Position numbers and translations under genes: made by a program
Shown: positions 9,594-20,254 of the stretch, one piece after another
Numbering within the stretch: position 1 is the stretch's first letter
Layout of the letters: each line of letters starts with the position of its first letter
Notes under the pieces: model-generated
Database searches by the model: none
Seen by the model: only the letters and a program-made list of their open reading frames with translations
Told to the model about the DNA's origin: nothing
NCBI GenBank assembly: GCA_016931155.1
Contig: JAFGFJ010000006.1
Span: 385,419 to 449,418 of the forward strand
Length of the DNA stretch: 64,000 nt
Reading direction: 5' to 3'
Source: Candidatus Dojkabacteria bacterium
Lineage (GTDB): Bacteria; Patescibacteriota; Dojkabacteria; B142; JAFGFJ01

Positions 9594-11476
9594 TCTTTCT
9601 TCAATGCTGCAAGAAAGGCTTCTTTTGGTATTTCAACATTCCCAAACATTTTCAGTCTCTTCTTTCCTTTTTTTTGTTTTTCTCTGAGTTTCATTTTTCT
9701 AGTAATATCACCTCCGTATAGTTTGGCAGTTACGTCTTTTTTATATGCCTGAATTGTTTCTCGTGCTATTACTCTTCCACTGATTGAGGCCTGAATAGGT
9801 ACTTTAAACTGGTGTCTGGGAATGATTGTTCTAAGCTTAGAGACCATTTCCTTACCTCTTCTTTCTGAATTAGTTTTGTGAGTCAGGAAAGATAGTGCTT
9901 CAACTTGTTCGTAATTTACAAGTATTGTTACTCTTGTTACGTCAGAACAGCGGTACTCAAGAAAATTATAATCCATTGATGCATAACCCTGAGTTACTGA
10001 TTTTAGTTTGTCAAAAAAATTTACAATAACTTCAGCTGTTGGTAGATTGGCTGTTATCATTACATGTTTTGAGCCTTTAATTGCGGTTTCAGTTAGATAG
10101 TTCATTGATACATATTCGCCTCTGTTTGATTGTATCAGTTCCATAATTTGTCCTATATATTGTTCAGGTGTAATAATTTCAGATTTTATCCATGGCTCTT
10201 TGATTTCCTTTATGTAAGTAGTATCAGGGAATTCATTTGCTGTTCGTACTCTTAAGATATCTCCTTCTACGTTTGCCAGATTTATTCCAGCTATTTTAGA
10301 CGGGTTATTAGTTGAGAGAGTAATAAGATATTCAACAGAAGGCGATGTTGCAATAAGATTAACATCAAATTCTCTCTCCAGTCTTTCCTGTGTTATTTCC
10401 ATGTGCAGAAGTCCTAAAAAGCCAACAACAAAACCTGATCCAAGAACTATTGATGTCTCTTTTTCGTATGTTAATGCGGCATCATTCAATGAGAGTTTCT
10501 CAAGGGCTTCCTGAAATTCCTTAAAATCATCAGCTTCAACCGGGAAAAGGCTCACAAATACCATAGGTTTTGGCTGTTTATAGCCAGGAAGTGCTTTAAT
10601 TGAGTTGTTGTTCTCGAATTCACTTTTCAGTACTACTGTATCCCCAACGTGAACCATTTTTATATCTTTTAGTCCGGTAGCAATATAGCCCACTTCTCCT
10701 GCCACAAGGCGTTGATTTTTCTCAAGACTGGGTTTTAGATAACCAATTTCAAGAGGCTCTATAGTTGTTTTTGTTCCCATAACATAGACTCTATCATTTG
10801 TTTTAAGTTCTCCGCTTATTACTCTTACTAAGGCAATAACACCTTTGTGTTCATGATAAAAAGAATCGTAGATGAGCATTTTTGTTTCATTTTCTTCTTT
10901 TTGTGCTCTAGTTTGAGGGGAAGGTACCCTTTCTATAATCGTATCTAAAATATTTTCAATTCCTATGCCCGTTTTCCCAGAAGCTCTCAGAATCTCTTCT
11001 CTTTTAAATCCAAAGGTTGAAATAATTTCTTCTTCAGTTTTTTCTATCTGGGCACTTGGAAGATCAACTTTGTTAATGACTGGAATTATTTCAAGATTGT
11101 TTTCAAGAGCTTTGTACATATTCGTAAGGGTTTGTGCTTGTATTCCCTGGGTTGCATCAACAAGAAGAAGAGCACCCTCGGAGGCCGCAAGTGATCTGGA
11201 AACTTCGTAGGAAAAGTCAACGTGTCCGGGAGTATCTATCAGGTTTAAGATGTAGTCTTCATTTTTGTGGTTATAATTCATTCGAACAGTTTGAAGTTTT
11301 ATTGTTATTCCTCTTTCCTGTTCAAGCTCAAGTGTGTCAAGCATCCTTTCTTTTATGTCTCTTTGTCTTACTGCGCCGGTTACCTCCATCAGTCTGTCTG
11401 CAAGTGTTGACTTGCCATGATCAATATGTGCAATTATTGAGAAGTTTCTTATTTTATTTATCTCTGTTTTGTCCAT
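9590..11476 (-). CDS. lepA: translation elongation factor 4 (LepA)
   Basis: GTPase motifs AHIDHGKST and DTPGHVDF, with a LepA-specific C-terminus. 628 aa. Confidence 0.92.
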   Translation of the reverse strand: MDKTEINKIRNFSIIAHIDHGKSTLADRLMEVTGAVRQRDIKERMLDTLELEQERGITIKLQTVRMNYNHKNEDYILNLIDTPGHVDFSYEVSRSLAASEGALLLVDATQGIQAQTLTNMYKALENNLEIIPVINKVDLPSAQIEKTEEEIISTFGFKREEILRASGKTGIGIENILDTIIERVPSPQTRAQKEENETKMLIYDSFYHEHKGVIALVRVISGELKTNDRVYVMGTKTTIEPLEIGYLKPSLEKNQRLVAGEVGYIATGLKDIKMVHVGDTVVLKSEFENNNSIKALPGYKQPKPMVFVSLFPVEADDFKEFQEALEKLSLNDAALTYEKETSIVLGSGFVVGFLGLLHMEITQERLEREFDVNLIATSPSVEYLITLSTNNPSKIAGINLANVEGDILRVRTANEFPDTTYIKEIKEPWIKSEIITPEQYIGQIMELIQSNRGEYVSMNYLTETAIKGSKHVMITANLPTAEVIVNFFDKLKSVTQGYASMDYNFLEYRCSDVTRVTILVNYEQVEALSFLTHKTNSERRGKEMVSKLRTIIPRHQFKVPIQASISGRVIARETIQAYKKDVTAKLYGGDITRKMKLREKQKKGKKRLKMFGNVEIPKEAFLAALKKD

Positions 11477-11533
11477 TTATCCAGGCATTATACCTTATTT
11501 TTGTTGTCTTTCTGGGGATAATTATAATATATT

Positions 11534-12352
11534 GTGTTATCCATGTTTAAGAAGTCTATTAGGAAATACGGAATTCCTACCCTAAAAATGTTCGGGATGG
11601 TAGTATTTGGTCTGGCAATTGTGCTCGGAAGTTTTTCTGCGGCATTTGGTTTTTCTGTTACCATTTCGGCTTTTTCAAAAGGGATTTTAAATTTAAATAG
11701 AGCAGGAGAAGTTCTTTCTCTGAGATCAGGAGGCTTGGAGACATCTAATCTTTCTGGAGCAATTTTGGGAAGCTCAGAAGCAAAATATGAGGATTTGGAT
11801 CTGAAAGATTTTCAGGTAAAACCTTTTAGAGTTGAGGTAAAAGAAGCCACTCCGTTACTTATTCCGACAAACGGTATTGCTGCTCACAAAGATTTCCTTT
11901 ACAACGAGGAAAGTCATCCAGGTGTTGATATCTGGACAAATACAAAAGGGACTGGACTTAACGGTACATCCAGAGGCTATCCGGTTTATAGTGCTTGCTC
12001 TGGCAAAGTTATCAGAATATTCCTGCCAAATCAGGAGATAGAAATACAATGCGATTCTTTACCAATTGAATATAGAGATATGGTGCCAAGCTTAAATATA
12101 AAAATTCTGTATTCCCATTTGGGGGATGGAGCTACGAAGGAGGTTTACCATGATTTGAAGCTGGGACAGAGGCTGGAGAGGGGAGAATTGGTTGGTTATC
12201 AGGGTGATATCAGCTCCTTTGTTCCGGAAAACAGAGTGGTTCATCTTCATTTCGGAGTTTACGATCTGAACATAAGAAGACCTCTAAACCCTGCTCCTTA
12301 CCTTGGATATGATGAGATCAGGTTGGGGCATACTTTTGAGGTCGGGTTCTAA
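11534..12352 (+). CDS. M23-family metallopeptidase (LytM-like)
   Basis: HPGVDI and HLHFGV zinc-binding motifs, with an N-terminal TM segment. Confidence 0.65.
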   Translation: MLSMFKKSIRKYGIPTLKMFGMVVFGLAIVLGSFSAAFGFSVTISAFSKGILNLNRAGEVLSLRSGGLETSNLSGAILGSSEAKYEDLDLKDFQVKPFRVEVKEATPLLIPTNGIAAHKDFLYNEESHPGVDIWTNTKGTGLNGTSRGYPVYSACSGKVIRIFLPNQEIEIQCDSLPIEYRDMVPSLNIKILYSHLGDGATKEVYHDLKLGQRLERGELVGYQGDISSFVPENRVVHLHFGVYDLNIRRPLNPAPYLGYDEIRLGHTFEVGF

Positions 12353-14763
12353 CTTCTGGAGAATTTTCTTACCAACAGTTTTGTTATCTCGATAAGGATT
12401 GTATCTACAATTGCTACTCCAATAATCACAAGAACTTCATTCATATCCAGTGGAACTGTATTTAAGACGATTTGGAGTGGAGGCCAATAAATCGTCAAAA
12501 TGAGCAAGAAGATTCCAACTAAAACGGAAATGTTTAGTACCTTATTTCCAAAAATTTTCTCTTTCCAGATGTTTGAATCAAGTGTTTTTGCAGAGAATAA
12601 GAACAATAGAGAGCTTAAAGCTATTCCTGCAAAAATAATTGTTTGTGCCCGGTTAAGGTTATATCCTGAGTCAATTAAATATTTAAAAAGCAGTAAATAA
12701 AGAACATCCGTAATTAGACTTATTATGACAATTGATGCGAGGACGTTTTTATCAAACACAGATTTACCCCTAATATCATGTTTCTTTTTCATCAAATCTT
12801 CTTCTGTTCTGTCAAAACTTAATGCCAGGCTGGGAAGACCATCCTCGATTATGTTTATCCATAAAAGCTGTAAGGCTGTAATAGGAAGGGGAAGGCCAAG
12901 AATAAGAGAAGACATTATTAGGAGCGTTTCAGAGAGGCTGTCGGAAAACAGAAAAACAAAAATTTTTCTTAAATTCTTAAAAATATTTCTTCCTTCTTCA
13001 ATTGCGTTTACAATTGTTTCAAAGTTTGAATCCAGGAGGATGAGGTCTGCACTCTCTTTTGAGACATCGGTTGCATTATTCACGGCTATCCCGATCTCTG
13101 CTCTTTTCAAGGCAGGGGAATCATTTACTCCATCTCCCATCATTGCAACTTTCTTTCCCTGCCTTTGCAGGCTTTTTACAATTGAGAGCTTTTGTTCTGG
13201 AGTTGTTCTGTAAAATAGTCGTACTTTGTGCACAATTTTATGGAATAGTGGAGTGTTTTGTGCCTTCGAGAGTTCAAAACCAGAAATTATTTCATCTTCC
13301 TTTACTGCGAAATTAATTTTCTCAAGTATACTAAGACTTGTTTCCATAAGGTCGCCTGTAATTACTTTAACTGATATCCCTGCTGATAGTACTTTTTGCA
13401 GGGAATCTACAACAGTTTTTCTCACTGGATCATTGATAAATATAAGACCCAGGAATTTCATATCAATAAAATCTGATCTTTCTATATGTCTCTTTGAGTA
13501 TTTTTTATAAGAAACAGCTATTACTCTGTTTCCGAGATTTGCCTGCTCAATGATTTCTTCTTGAAGTTTTTTCTTTTGAGGATCGGAAGTGAATTCCAGT
13601 ATTATCTCTGGAGCTCCGACAGCATATAAGTATTTTCCATCGGTTGCGCCTGTGTATTTATAAGTTGAAGAAAAGGGAAAAATCTGATTTCTTTGGTCTT
13701 GGGCTTTCTCATAATATGTCGTCCCTCTCTGAGAGATTATGTAGTCCTTGATAGATTTATCAATGAAATTGTTGTCGTTGTTGCAAAGAGAAAGAGCTTT
13801 CAGTGCCTGAATTTTGTCTGTGAAATCGGTTGCACTTACAAGCATTTTCCCTTCAGTAATTGTGCCCGTCTTGTCAATGCAGAGTATATCAATATTTCCC
13901 AGGGTTTCAGTTGCATGTAGGCTTTTTACTACGGACAATTTTTGGAGCAGTCTATTCATACCAAGAGCCAGTGTCACCGTATAGGCAATTATCAGCCCTT
14001 CGGGGATTGTACTAACTCCAAGGGCAACTGAGATGAGTAGTATCTCTCTTACTGGTATGCCTCTTGAAATTCCAAGGAGAAAGACTACAACACTGATTGT
14101 TACTGTTGAAACGGAAAGGATATTACCAATAGAAATAAGTCTTTTCTTTGTTGGAGTAACCGGATCGGAGCCGGAAGAAATAGAAGAGGCTATCTTGCCA
14201 AACTCAGTACTATTACCAGTGACCTCTATTTTTGCTATTGCCATGCCTTGAATAACCGAAGTTCCGCTGAATATCCTGTCTTTCTGATTTTTCTCAACTG
14301 GGAATGACTCGCCAGTAAGGACGGACTCATTAATCAGAAGCTCATTTGATTCGATCAAATATCCGTCAGCTGGAATATTCAGTCCTGGATCAAGGATGAT
14401 AAAATCGCCGGGGACAATTTCAGACGCAAGTACTTGCGTTGTATGTCCGTCTCTAATAACCTTGGCAATTTTTGATATTCTTTTTTTTAAAGCTGAAAGA
14501 GTGTTTTCGGCTTTATATTCTTGAAAAAAACCAAGAGAAGTGTTTACTACAACAACAACTAATATAAACATAGCATCAGTTTTTTCTCCAATAAAAAGAG
14601 AAATGCCTGAAGCAGCCAGGAGTATATAAATAAGTGGACTGGCAAGCTGCTTATAAAGAATTTTTATAGGATTGGATTTGTCGATAGATGATATTTCGTT
14701 TTTCCCGAATTTTTTGAGCCTTGCTTCTGTTTCCTTTGAACTTAGGCCTTTGTAATGCATCAT
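12349..14763 (-). CDS. P-type cation-transporting ATPase (P2-type, Ca/Mg-like)
   Basis: DKTGTIT phosphorylation motif, TGD, a GDGVND hinge and 10 predicted TM segments. 804 aa. Confidence 0.88.
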   Translation of the reverse strand: MMHYKGLSSKETEARLKKFGKNEISSIDKSNPIKILYKQLASPLIYILLAASGISLFIGEKTDAMFILVVVVVNTSLGFFQEYKAENTLSALKKRISKIAKVIRDGHTTQVLASEIVPGDFIILDPGLNIPADGYLIESNELLINESVLTGESFPVEKNQKDRIFSGTSVIQGMAIAKIEVTGNSTEFGKIASSISSGSDPVTPTKKRLISIGNILSVSTVTISVVVFLLGISRGIPVREILLISVALGVSTIPEGLIIAYTVTLALGMNRLLQKLSVVKSLHATETLGNIDILCIDKTGTITEGKMLVSATDFTDKIQALKALSLCNNDNNFIDKSIKDYIISQRGTTYYEKAQDQRNQIFPFSSTYKYTGATDGKYLYAVGAPEIILEFTSDPQKKKLQEEIIEQANLGNRVIAVSYKKYSKRHIERSDFIDMKFLGLIFINDPVRKTVVDSLQKVLSAGISVKVITGDLMETSLSILEKINFAVKEDEIISGFELSKAQNTPLFHKIVHKVRLFYRTTPEQKLSIVKSLQRQGKKVAMMGDGVNDSPALKRAEIGIAVNNATDVSKESADLILLDSNFETIVNAIEEGRNIFKNLRKIFVFLFSDSLSETLLIMSSLILGLPLPITALQLLWINIIEDGLPSLALSFDRTEEDLMKKKHDIRGKSVFDKNVLASIVIISLITDVLYLLLFKYLIDSGYNLNRAQTIIFAGIALSSLLFLFSAKTLDSNIWKEKIFGNKVLNISVLVGIFLLILTIYWPPLQIVLNTVPLDMNEVLVIIGVAIVDTILIEITKLLVRKFSRS

Positions 14764-14808
14764 ATATTTGATTTTTGTAAGAATAGCATATTTGATATAC
14801 TGAGAGCT

Positions 14809-16245
14809 ATGAATACCAAAGCCGTAACAAAAGTTTGTTTTTTTGCATTGGTGATTCTCTCAGGATTTTTTATTGCCGGATGTAAAAAAAAGGTGGCAGT
14901 AGAGGATCAGAATTATAATAAAGGTGTCTTGCATATGGAAAAGCAGGAATACTCTGCAGCTCTGCTTGCTTTCAAGAATTCGATAAATGAAAATCCGATA
15001 AATACTGATTCCTATATTAGATCTTCCGATATACTAAGGAAAAAACACAACTATGAAGAGGCTATATCGATTTTAGAAAATGGGAAAGATTTTGTTACAG
15101 AGCCTGATCTTGTTTATCAGAGTCTGGGAGAATTATTTCTGCTCAAAAATGATTATATTCATGCTGAAGAGAATTTTAGAAAGTCGATTGGGTTTGATTC
15201 AGGAAATGCGAAGGCTGTGGAGGGGCTTGCAAGCAGTCTGGTGCTTCAGCTTAAATTTGATGATGGTAAAAAAGTTCTAGCGAACTATAAAACTACTGAT
15301 AAAGATAGTCTTGTCAGGATCAAATATTTACTTGCAGTATTGCAGGCAAAAGATATCAGAGAGGCGAAGAAAACAGTCGATTCGATCAATGTTAATATGA
15401 AGGATTATGTACAGCTTGGAAAGTTGAAGTTGGCCATTGAAGAAGCGGAAGTATCTGAAGATAATAAAATAGAAGATCTTATGAATATTTCCTTTGTTGT
15501 TATTGATGGAGGAGATTATCCTTATGCACTTCCTCTCCTTGATGAAGTTGTTAAAGAAAATGAGTATTACTATGGGGGTCAGATGTATGCAGGTTACATT
15601 CATATGAAGCTTGGTCAGTATAGTGAAGCTAAAGAATTTTTGCAAAAGGCTTTGATTCTTGATTCGGAAAATAAAGATTCTCTAAAGTTCCTGGCTGAAT
15701 GCTATGTCGAACTCAATGACCAGAAAAGTGCTATTGATACGTACGTCATATTGCTTTCACTTTCTCCTTCAGATAGTGTAGTAAGAAGGTCATATATTGA
15801 GGGATTGCTAAGATTTGGAATTGAAGATATAGCGAAAGAACAGGCAGGTGAGCTGGTCAGAATTGAACCATCAATTGCCAATAGACTGTATTATTTCGAT
15901 ATTCTTATGCTTGATGAGGATTATGTTAATGGAGCTGAACAAATCAGGCTTGCCAGCGAAGGAGAAGAGTATAAAACAGCTGGGGATACTACTAAGGCAG
16001 ATCTACTTGCTCGTAAAGGATGGATTCAGTATAAAGCCGGTGAAAAAGCGGCAGGGTTGGAAACCTTGGAACAAAGTTTAAGAGAGGTTGAAACGAATCC
16101 ACTTTGTCATTTATACTTAGGTATGGTGCGTAAAGATATGAAAGAGCCTGTTAACGCAAAGATTCATTTGGAGAGAGCAGTGGATTTGGATTTTAAGGGT
16201 GAAGTATCAAAAATTGCAAGAGAAGAGTTAAATACATTAGAATAA
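14809..16245 (+). CDS. TPR-repeat lipoprotein
   Basis: The start is re-set to the internal Met, which gives a lipoprotein signal MNTKAV...FFIAGC followed by TPR-like repeats. The track start at 14755 would overlap the ATPase start codon head-on. Confidence 0.6.
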   Translation: MNTKAVTKVCFFALVILSGFFIAGCKKKVAVEDQNYNKGVLHMEKQEYSAALLAFKNSINENPINTDSYIRSSDILRKKHNYEEAISILENGKDFVTEPDLVYQSLGELFLLKNDYIHAEENFRKSIGFDSGNAKAVEGLASSLVLQLKFDDGKKVLANYKTTDKDSLVRIKYLLAVLQAKDIREAKKTVDSINVNMKDYVQLGKLKLAIEEAEVSEDNKIEDLMNISFVVIDGGDYPYALPLLDEVVKENEYYYGGQMYAGYIHMKLGQYSEAKEFLQKALILDSENKDSLKFLAECYVELNDQKSAIDTYVILLSLSPSDSVVRRSYIEGLLRFGIEDIAKEQAGELVRIEPSIANRLYYFDILMLDEDYVNGAEQIRLASEGEEYKTAGDTTKADLLARKGWIQYKAGEKAAGLETLEQSLREVETNPLCHLYLGMVRKDMKEPVNAKIHLERAVDLDFKGEVSKIAREELNTLE

Positions 16246-16249
16246 ATAT

Positions 16250-16918
16250 ATGTTTGCTGCCTTTACCAGGAAAAGCTTGTACTATCTGCTTTACATTTTA
16301 GCCGGAGTATCGGTTTCTCTTCTATCGTATTCCTTCATAGGAGGGGTCGAAGTATCAAATATCAATCTTAATACCGTGGTATTTGCTTCCTCAGAGAATG
16401 AGAATGTTGATCCCTTAGTTCTTGGTGCATTTGTTGAGGAAATTCCTGTCAGTAAGGCGCCATCGACTTTTTCTTCTCAGATATATAACTCAAACTACAG
16501 AGCTTACGTTTTTGATAAATATTTTGAAAAAAACAATTCTCCTTTGCAAGGTTATGGAAAAAACTTTGTGGAAGCCTGTATAAGATATGGAGCACCAGAT
16601 GATTGTCTTTTGATGGTTGCAATAGCAAAGGCTGAGACCAATTTGTGTAAAACAGATATATCTGATTTACAGAAAAACTGTTGGGGATTTGGTGGAGCAG
16701 GTTCGAACAGGATTGTATGGCCCAGCTATGAGGTTTCTATTGATGAAGTGACCAGAAGAGTAATGGAAGGTTATGGAACCCGGTTTTTTAATGATGCAAA
16801 TAACGGTAAGTTATATTATTGTGGGAGACACTGTACTAAATGGGGTAATGTTGTAAATTCATATAAGTATGAAATTAACGAATTTGGCATTAGTCTAGGA
16901 TTTCCCTCTATGCTTTAA
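16250..16918 (+). CDS. hypothetical secreted protein
   Basis: 222 aa, Cys-rich C-terminal half, with an N-terminal hydrophobic segment. Confidence 0.45.
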   Translation: MFAAFTRKSLYYLLYILAGVSVSLLSYSFIGGVEVSNINLNTVVFASSENENVDPLVLGAFVEEIPVSKAPSTFSSQIYNSNYRAYVFDKYFEKNNSPLQGYGKNFVEACIRYGAPDDCLLMVAIAKAETNLCKTDISDLQKNCWGFGGAGSNRIVWPSYEVSIDEVTRRVMEGYGTRFFNDANNGKLYYCGRHCTKWGNVVNSYKYEINEFGISLGFPSML

Positions 16919-17851
16919 TTTTTTATTCCAAAATCTGACTACAAATACGAAAAGTATAAGTACTACAAGGGTTATGTGATAAATTGGAATAACCCAGAAT
17001 GTGTCAGTTACCAAAAAAATATCCTTACCATCATCTATACCGAACGCTACAGTATGTTTTCCAAACTCAGGAATGATATATCTCCAAATATTTTTCCCTT
17101 CATGTTTTTTCCACGAGAGTTCTGATTCAAGATCCTGTCCGGGAAGTAAAATTTTGAGCTTTTGATTTACCGGTAGGTCTTTTAGTTTTAAGTTTGCAGG
17201 ACTAAGTATCGCAAGGTTTCCAAATGGTTTTGTATAGGTATTTCCTGTGTTCTCAATCTTTATACTAAACTCGTTGACAGGGAAGACCGTTAACTCCCTC
17301 TTAACGTTTACCTCGATTTTCATTTGTGCTCCTTTCCCTTGTTTGTCACCTGTGTCAGACTGGTAGCCCTCTTTTAGGTTGACATATAGGATGCTCCCAA
17401 GCTCTCCAACAGTTGAAAAGTTCGTTTCACTTTTTGGTTTTATCTTTATAAGAATGACAGGATAATAACTGTCACTTGTTGGCTTATCTGGCATAGTAAT
17501 ATCAGCAGGAAGGGTGAAATTACTATCAGGTTCTATGGAAAACTTTTTGGATGGGAAAGCAATTATACTATCTGTTTCAGTTGAAGACTTTCTCAACTCA
17601 TATTCCCCGTTATTCTCGTTTTGTTTTAACTCAGATATATTGACCTCACAGTCAATTTCTTCATCTTGTTTATTTGTGACTGTTAATTTTATCGTTTTCT
17701 TCTCGCCGGGAGCAAGCATTAACTCTATGATAGCAGGGGACAGAACAACTTTCTGTGTCTGTTGTGTTTCAGCACTAACGTGACCAGAAATTGCCAGCAA
17801 GATGGACAATATAGATAATATGGGTAAAGCTATCTGTAATATCCGTTTCAT
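16895..17851 (-). CDS. putative cell-surface protein (signal peptide plus C-terminal TM anchor)
   Basis: Signal peptide, a beta-rich body with the motif IENTGNTYTKPFG, and a C-terminal hydrophobic helix followed by a basic tail. It is paralogous in architecture to the next gene. Confidence 0.5.
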   Translation of the reverse strand: MKRILQIALPILSILSILLAISGHVSAETQQTQKVVLSPAIIELMLAPGEKKTIKLTVTNKQDEEIDCEVNISELKQNENNGEYELRKSSTETDSIIAFPSKKFSIEPDSNFTLPADITMPDKPTSDSYYPVILIKIKPKSETNFSTVGELGSILYVNLKEGYQSDTGDKQGKGAQMKIEVNVKRELTVFPVNEFSIKIENTGNTYTKPFGNLAILSPANLKLKDLPVNQKLKILLPGQDLESELSWKKHEGKNIWRYIIPEFGKHTVAFGIDDGKDIFLVTDTFWVIPIYHITLVVLILFVFVVRFWNKKLKHRGKS

Positions 17852-18924
17852 TTTAGATTATTTTCTTTCTTCTTCCCTTTCATCTTTCTGTAAACCATAA
17901 AGCTAACTATGATTATTGTTACAAGAAGAATGATCAATATTTGCCATGGGATAACCCAAAATGATGCATTAGCTTCTCCTGTTGTAAACTGCTGGGTTCC
18001 GTCTTTTGAATAGAGCAATTTGATTTTATATTTACCTATCCTAAAATGGCTCAACTTGTCCCAGTTGAGCTTTAAGAATGTCTTCTCAGTCCCATCTGTC
18101 TGTTTTTCCTTGATTTTAGTGATAAAACCATCTTCCCATGTAGTTGAAAAGAGTCTTGTGGTTTCAGGAAGAATGCTTCCATTTTCAGTATTTAGTTCAG
18201 CTTTGTACAAGTAATCTTGAAAGTTGTCTCCCTGGTATACATAGAATATGCCATTTGGTGAGGAGTGAGTATTACCTTTGTTTTTGATTATTGCATTGAT
18301 GTTAACTGGAAGAACAGAGAATAGTATGGTCTTTTTATTGTCTATGTTTGTTGTGAATAACTCCTGCAGGTCTAATTCTTCAGTGAGTTCTCCATCTACT
18401 GTTAGAAAGACGAGAGGTCCAAGTTCTTTATTTAATGAGAACTGTGTTATTTCGTCCTGAATATCAAGGTCTTCAGGGCGTGGTTGCTCAGTAAGTAATA
18501 TTGCCATTTGCTTTCCTCCCGGATTTGCTTCTGTAGGAACACTAATCTGGAAATTTATTGTTTCAACCTGACCATGTCTCGTGAGCTCAATCTTTTCCCT
18601 TTCGAAACTTGTCCACTCAGCAAGGTTCGACTTAATATCTACGTCTGAATTTTTAATAAAAACGGGTACTCCTGTCCTTCCATCGGAAGTAAAATTCATG
18701 GCCTTTACATGAAGTGTAGTTTGTTTGTTTTCATCCTCAAAGTCATGCGTAACAGTAAATGACCCATTCACTGTAGTTCCTCTTTCAACTTTGTTGTAAT
18801 AGAACTTAAACTGATTGATTATTATTCCTCTATAGGCTTGCGCAGAAGCTTTTTCGGGAGTGATGATAGCAGAAGTGAATACTAAAACGACACAAAGCAA
18901 AAAGGTAAAATAATTTCTCATCAT
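17848..18924 (-). CDS. putative cell-surface protein (signal peptide plus C-terminal TM anchor)
   Basis: Signal peptide, the motif IKNKGNTHSSPNG, a C-terminal TM and KKK tail. It overlaps the downstream gene by 4 nt. Confidence 0.5.
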   Translation of the reverse strand: MMRNYFTFLLCVVLVFTSAIITPEKASAQAYRGIIINQFKFYYNKVERGTTVNGSFTVTHDFEDENKQTTLHVKAMNFTSDGRTGVPVFIKNSDVDIKSNLAEWTSFEREKIELTRHGQVETINFQISVPTEANPGGKQMAILLTEQPRPEDLDIQDEITQFSLNKELGPLVFLTVDGELTEELDLQELFTTNIDNKKTILFSVLPVNINAIIKNKGNTHSSPNGIFYVYQGDNFQDYLYKAELNTENGSILPETTRLFSTTWEDGFITKIKEKQTDGTEKTFLKLNWDKLSHFRIGKYKIKLLYSKDGTQQFTTGEANASFWVIPWQILIILLVTIIIVSFMVYRKMKGKKKENNLK

Positions 18925-18930
18925 TTTATT

Positions 18931-18966
18931 AAAAGAACCTATTATTCTAAAATAATAGGTTCTTTT
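18931..18966 (-). terminator. intrinsic terminator-like hairpin after the surface-protein gene 18983-20035
   Basis: aaaagaacctattat-tctaaa-ataataggttctttt: a 15 bp perfect stem ending in a T/A run on both strands. Confidence 0.5.
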
Positions 18967-18982
18967 GTCTAAAAAAACAAGT

Positions 18983-20035
18983 CTAGAAAGTTGGTGTAAC
19001 AGTATAAGTTACCAACTGATCATAACTTCCAATAGCAGTACCGGATCCAACAGTAAGACCATGAATTACAAGGGTTAGGTCATCTGCTCCGCTTCCAGCA
19101 ATGTACTGAATTCCTGAAGCATAAGACACAAAGTTCTGTGCAGTTGTGGGTACAGGAGTACTACCAGTATTGAAAGTATAGCCTACCGGTGAGTCTACAG
19201 TTATCGGCTGATCATAAGTGCCTCCAATACTTCTTCCTGTTAGTGCACCTCTTACATTATCAAGCCCATAAGTTTCAGTTCCTGATACGAATGTACCATT
19301 GTCAGCTATGTCTGTTATTGCTGCTGAAGCGTTATTTAGCGGTCCATCTGCTATTATCTGAGCCTGGAAGCCGCCTTCAGCATTTGTTCCGATCGCTAGT
19401 CCATAGCCGCACTCTCCAGGGCCATCAACCGCTGCATCTCCATTTGGAGCTGTAGTAAGAGTTGATACATTTCCAAGATTACATACATTTGTATCAGCAG
19501 TGTCATCAACTGTTCTTATGTTGAATGATAAACTACTGCCTACCGATGCTGTAACTGTAACCTGGTTATCTCCTCCAACGTATAGAAGAACTGCACCATA
19601 ATCATTGTTTGCTGAGGATGAACCTACAGTTACCGAATATGAAGCAGCTGTTGCTATTGAAGGTACCCTAAGACACAAAGACCTACCTGTTGTGGTAGTA
19701 GCACTGGTCGTTGTGAAAGTCGCGTTAGTAGTGGAGAAAGAACCAAAAGAACCACTACCACCCGATACAGTGTCTGCCTGTGTGTCAGGCGTAGAACAAT
19801 CTGCAAATGCACTTGGCAGAGCTGGTGAGGCTGAAAAAGTAAATGTTGTCCCTGCAGCCTCTACAGCTGCTGAAGCCGTCCAGGTGAAGGTGACATCGGT
19901 CGCAGTGCTCAAATCTACTGCGCTTGGAGTTGCGGTTACAGCTACTCCTGCAGCTTCCGCTTTCTCACTATATGTGAAGAAAGAGGAGGCCAGCACCAAG
20001 GCAAATGCTAGAGAAATTGCTAAAAATTTCTTCAT
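18983..20035 (-). CDS. Thr/Ser/Ala-rich low-complexity secreted protein
   Basis: Signal peptide, then long T/S/A/G-rich tracts. Local GC is elevated because of codon bias. Antisense ORFs within it are spurious. Confidence 0.55.
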   Translation of the reverse strand: MKKFLAISLAFALVLASSFFTYSEKAEAAGVAVTATPSAVDLSTATDVTFTWTASAAVEAAGTTFTFSASPALPSAFADCSTPDTQADTVSGGSGSFGSFSTTNATFTTTSATTTTGRSLCLRVPSIATAASYSVTVGSSSANNDYGAVLLYVGGDNQVTVTASVGSSLSFNIRTVDDTADTNVCNLGNVSTLTTAPNGDAAVDGPGECGYGLAIGTNAEGGFQAQIIADGPLNNASAAITDIADNGTFVSGTETYGLDNVRGALTGRSIGGTYDQPITVDSPVGYTFNTGSTPVPTTAQNFVSYASGIQYIAGSGADDLTLVIHGLTVGSGTAIGSYDQLVTYTVTPTF

Positions 20036-20066
20036 AGTATTTTAAATAAAATAAATTAGAAGTACA

Positions 20067-20115
20067 AAAAGAAGAACCAAAGAAAACTATGCAGCTTTCC
20101 CTTGGTTCTTCTTTT
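20067..20115 (-). terminator. terminator-like hairpin after gene 20255-21481
   Basis: aaaagaagaaccaa...(21 nt loop)...ttggttcttctttt: a 14 bp perfect inverted repeat. Confidence 0.45.
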
Positions 20116-20254
20116 CTTCGGGCAGCGCAACAGTTCTCTAAGTGCTTCTACTTTCAAGAGTATTACAAATTCTATACAAAGTCAATATTAACTTAGGAGG
20201 TGTAATTGGTGGTTTTCAATCAAGAGTGTTGGTATTGTGTTGAAGCTTATGTAT

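Noticed and set aside
14755-14763. Head-on overlap of start codons: the TPR gene ATG at 14755 (+) against the P-type ATPase ATG at 14763 (-) within ATGCATCAT.
   Set aside because: Residue 19 of the TPR ORF is a Met that begins a canonical lipoprotein signal peptide (MNTKAV...IAGC). The true start is therefore most likely 14809, and the overlap is an artefact of longest-ORF calling.
19189-20045. Plus-strand ORFs (88 aa and 146 aa) inside the Thr/Ser/Ala-rich surface-protein gene.
   Set aside because: They are antisense to a long low-complexity gene. Their Leu/His/Gln-rich composition reflects the complement of ACN/GCN codon runs. There is no RBS or independent support.
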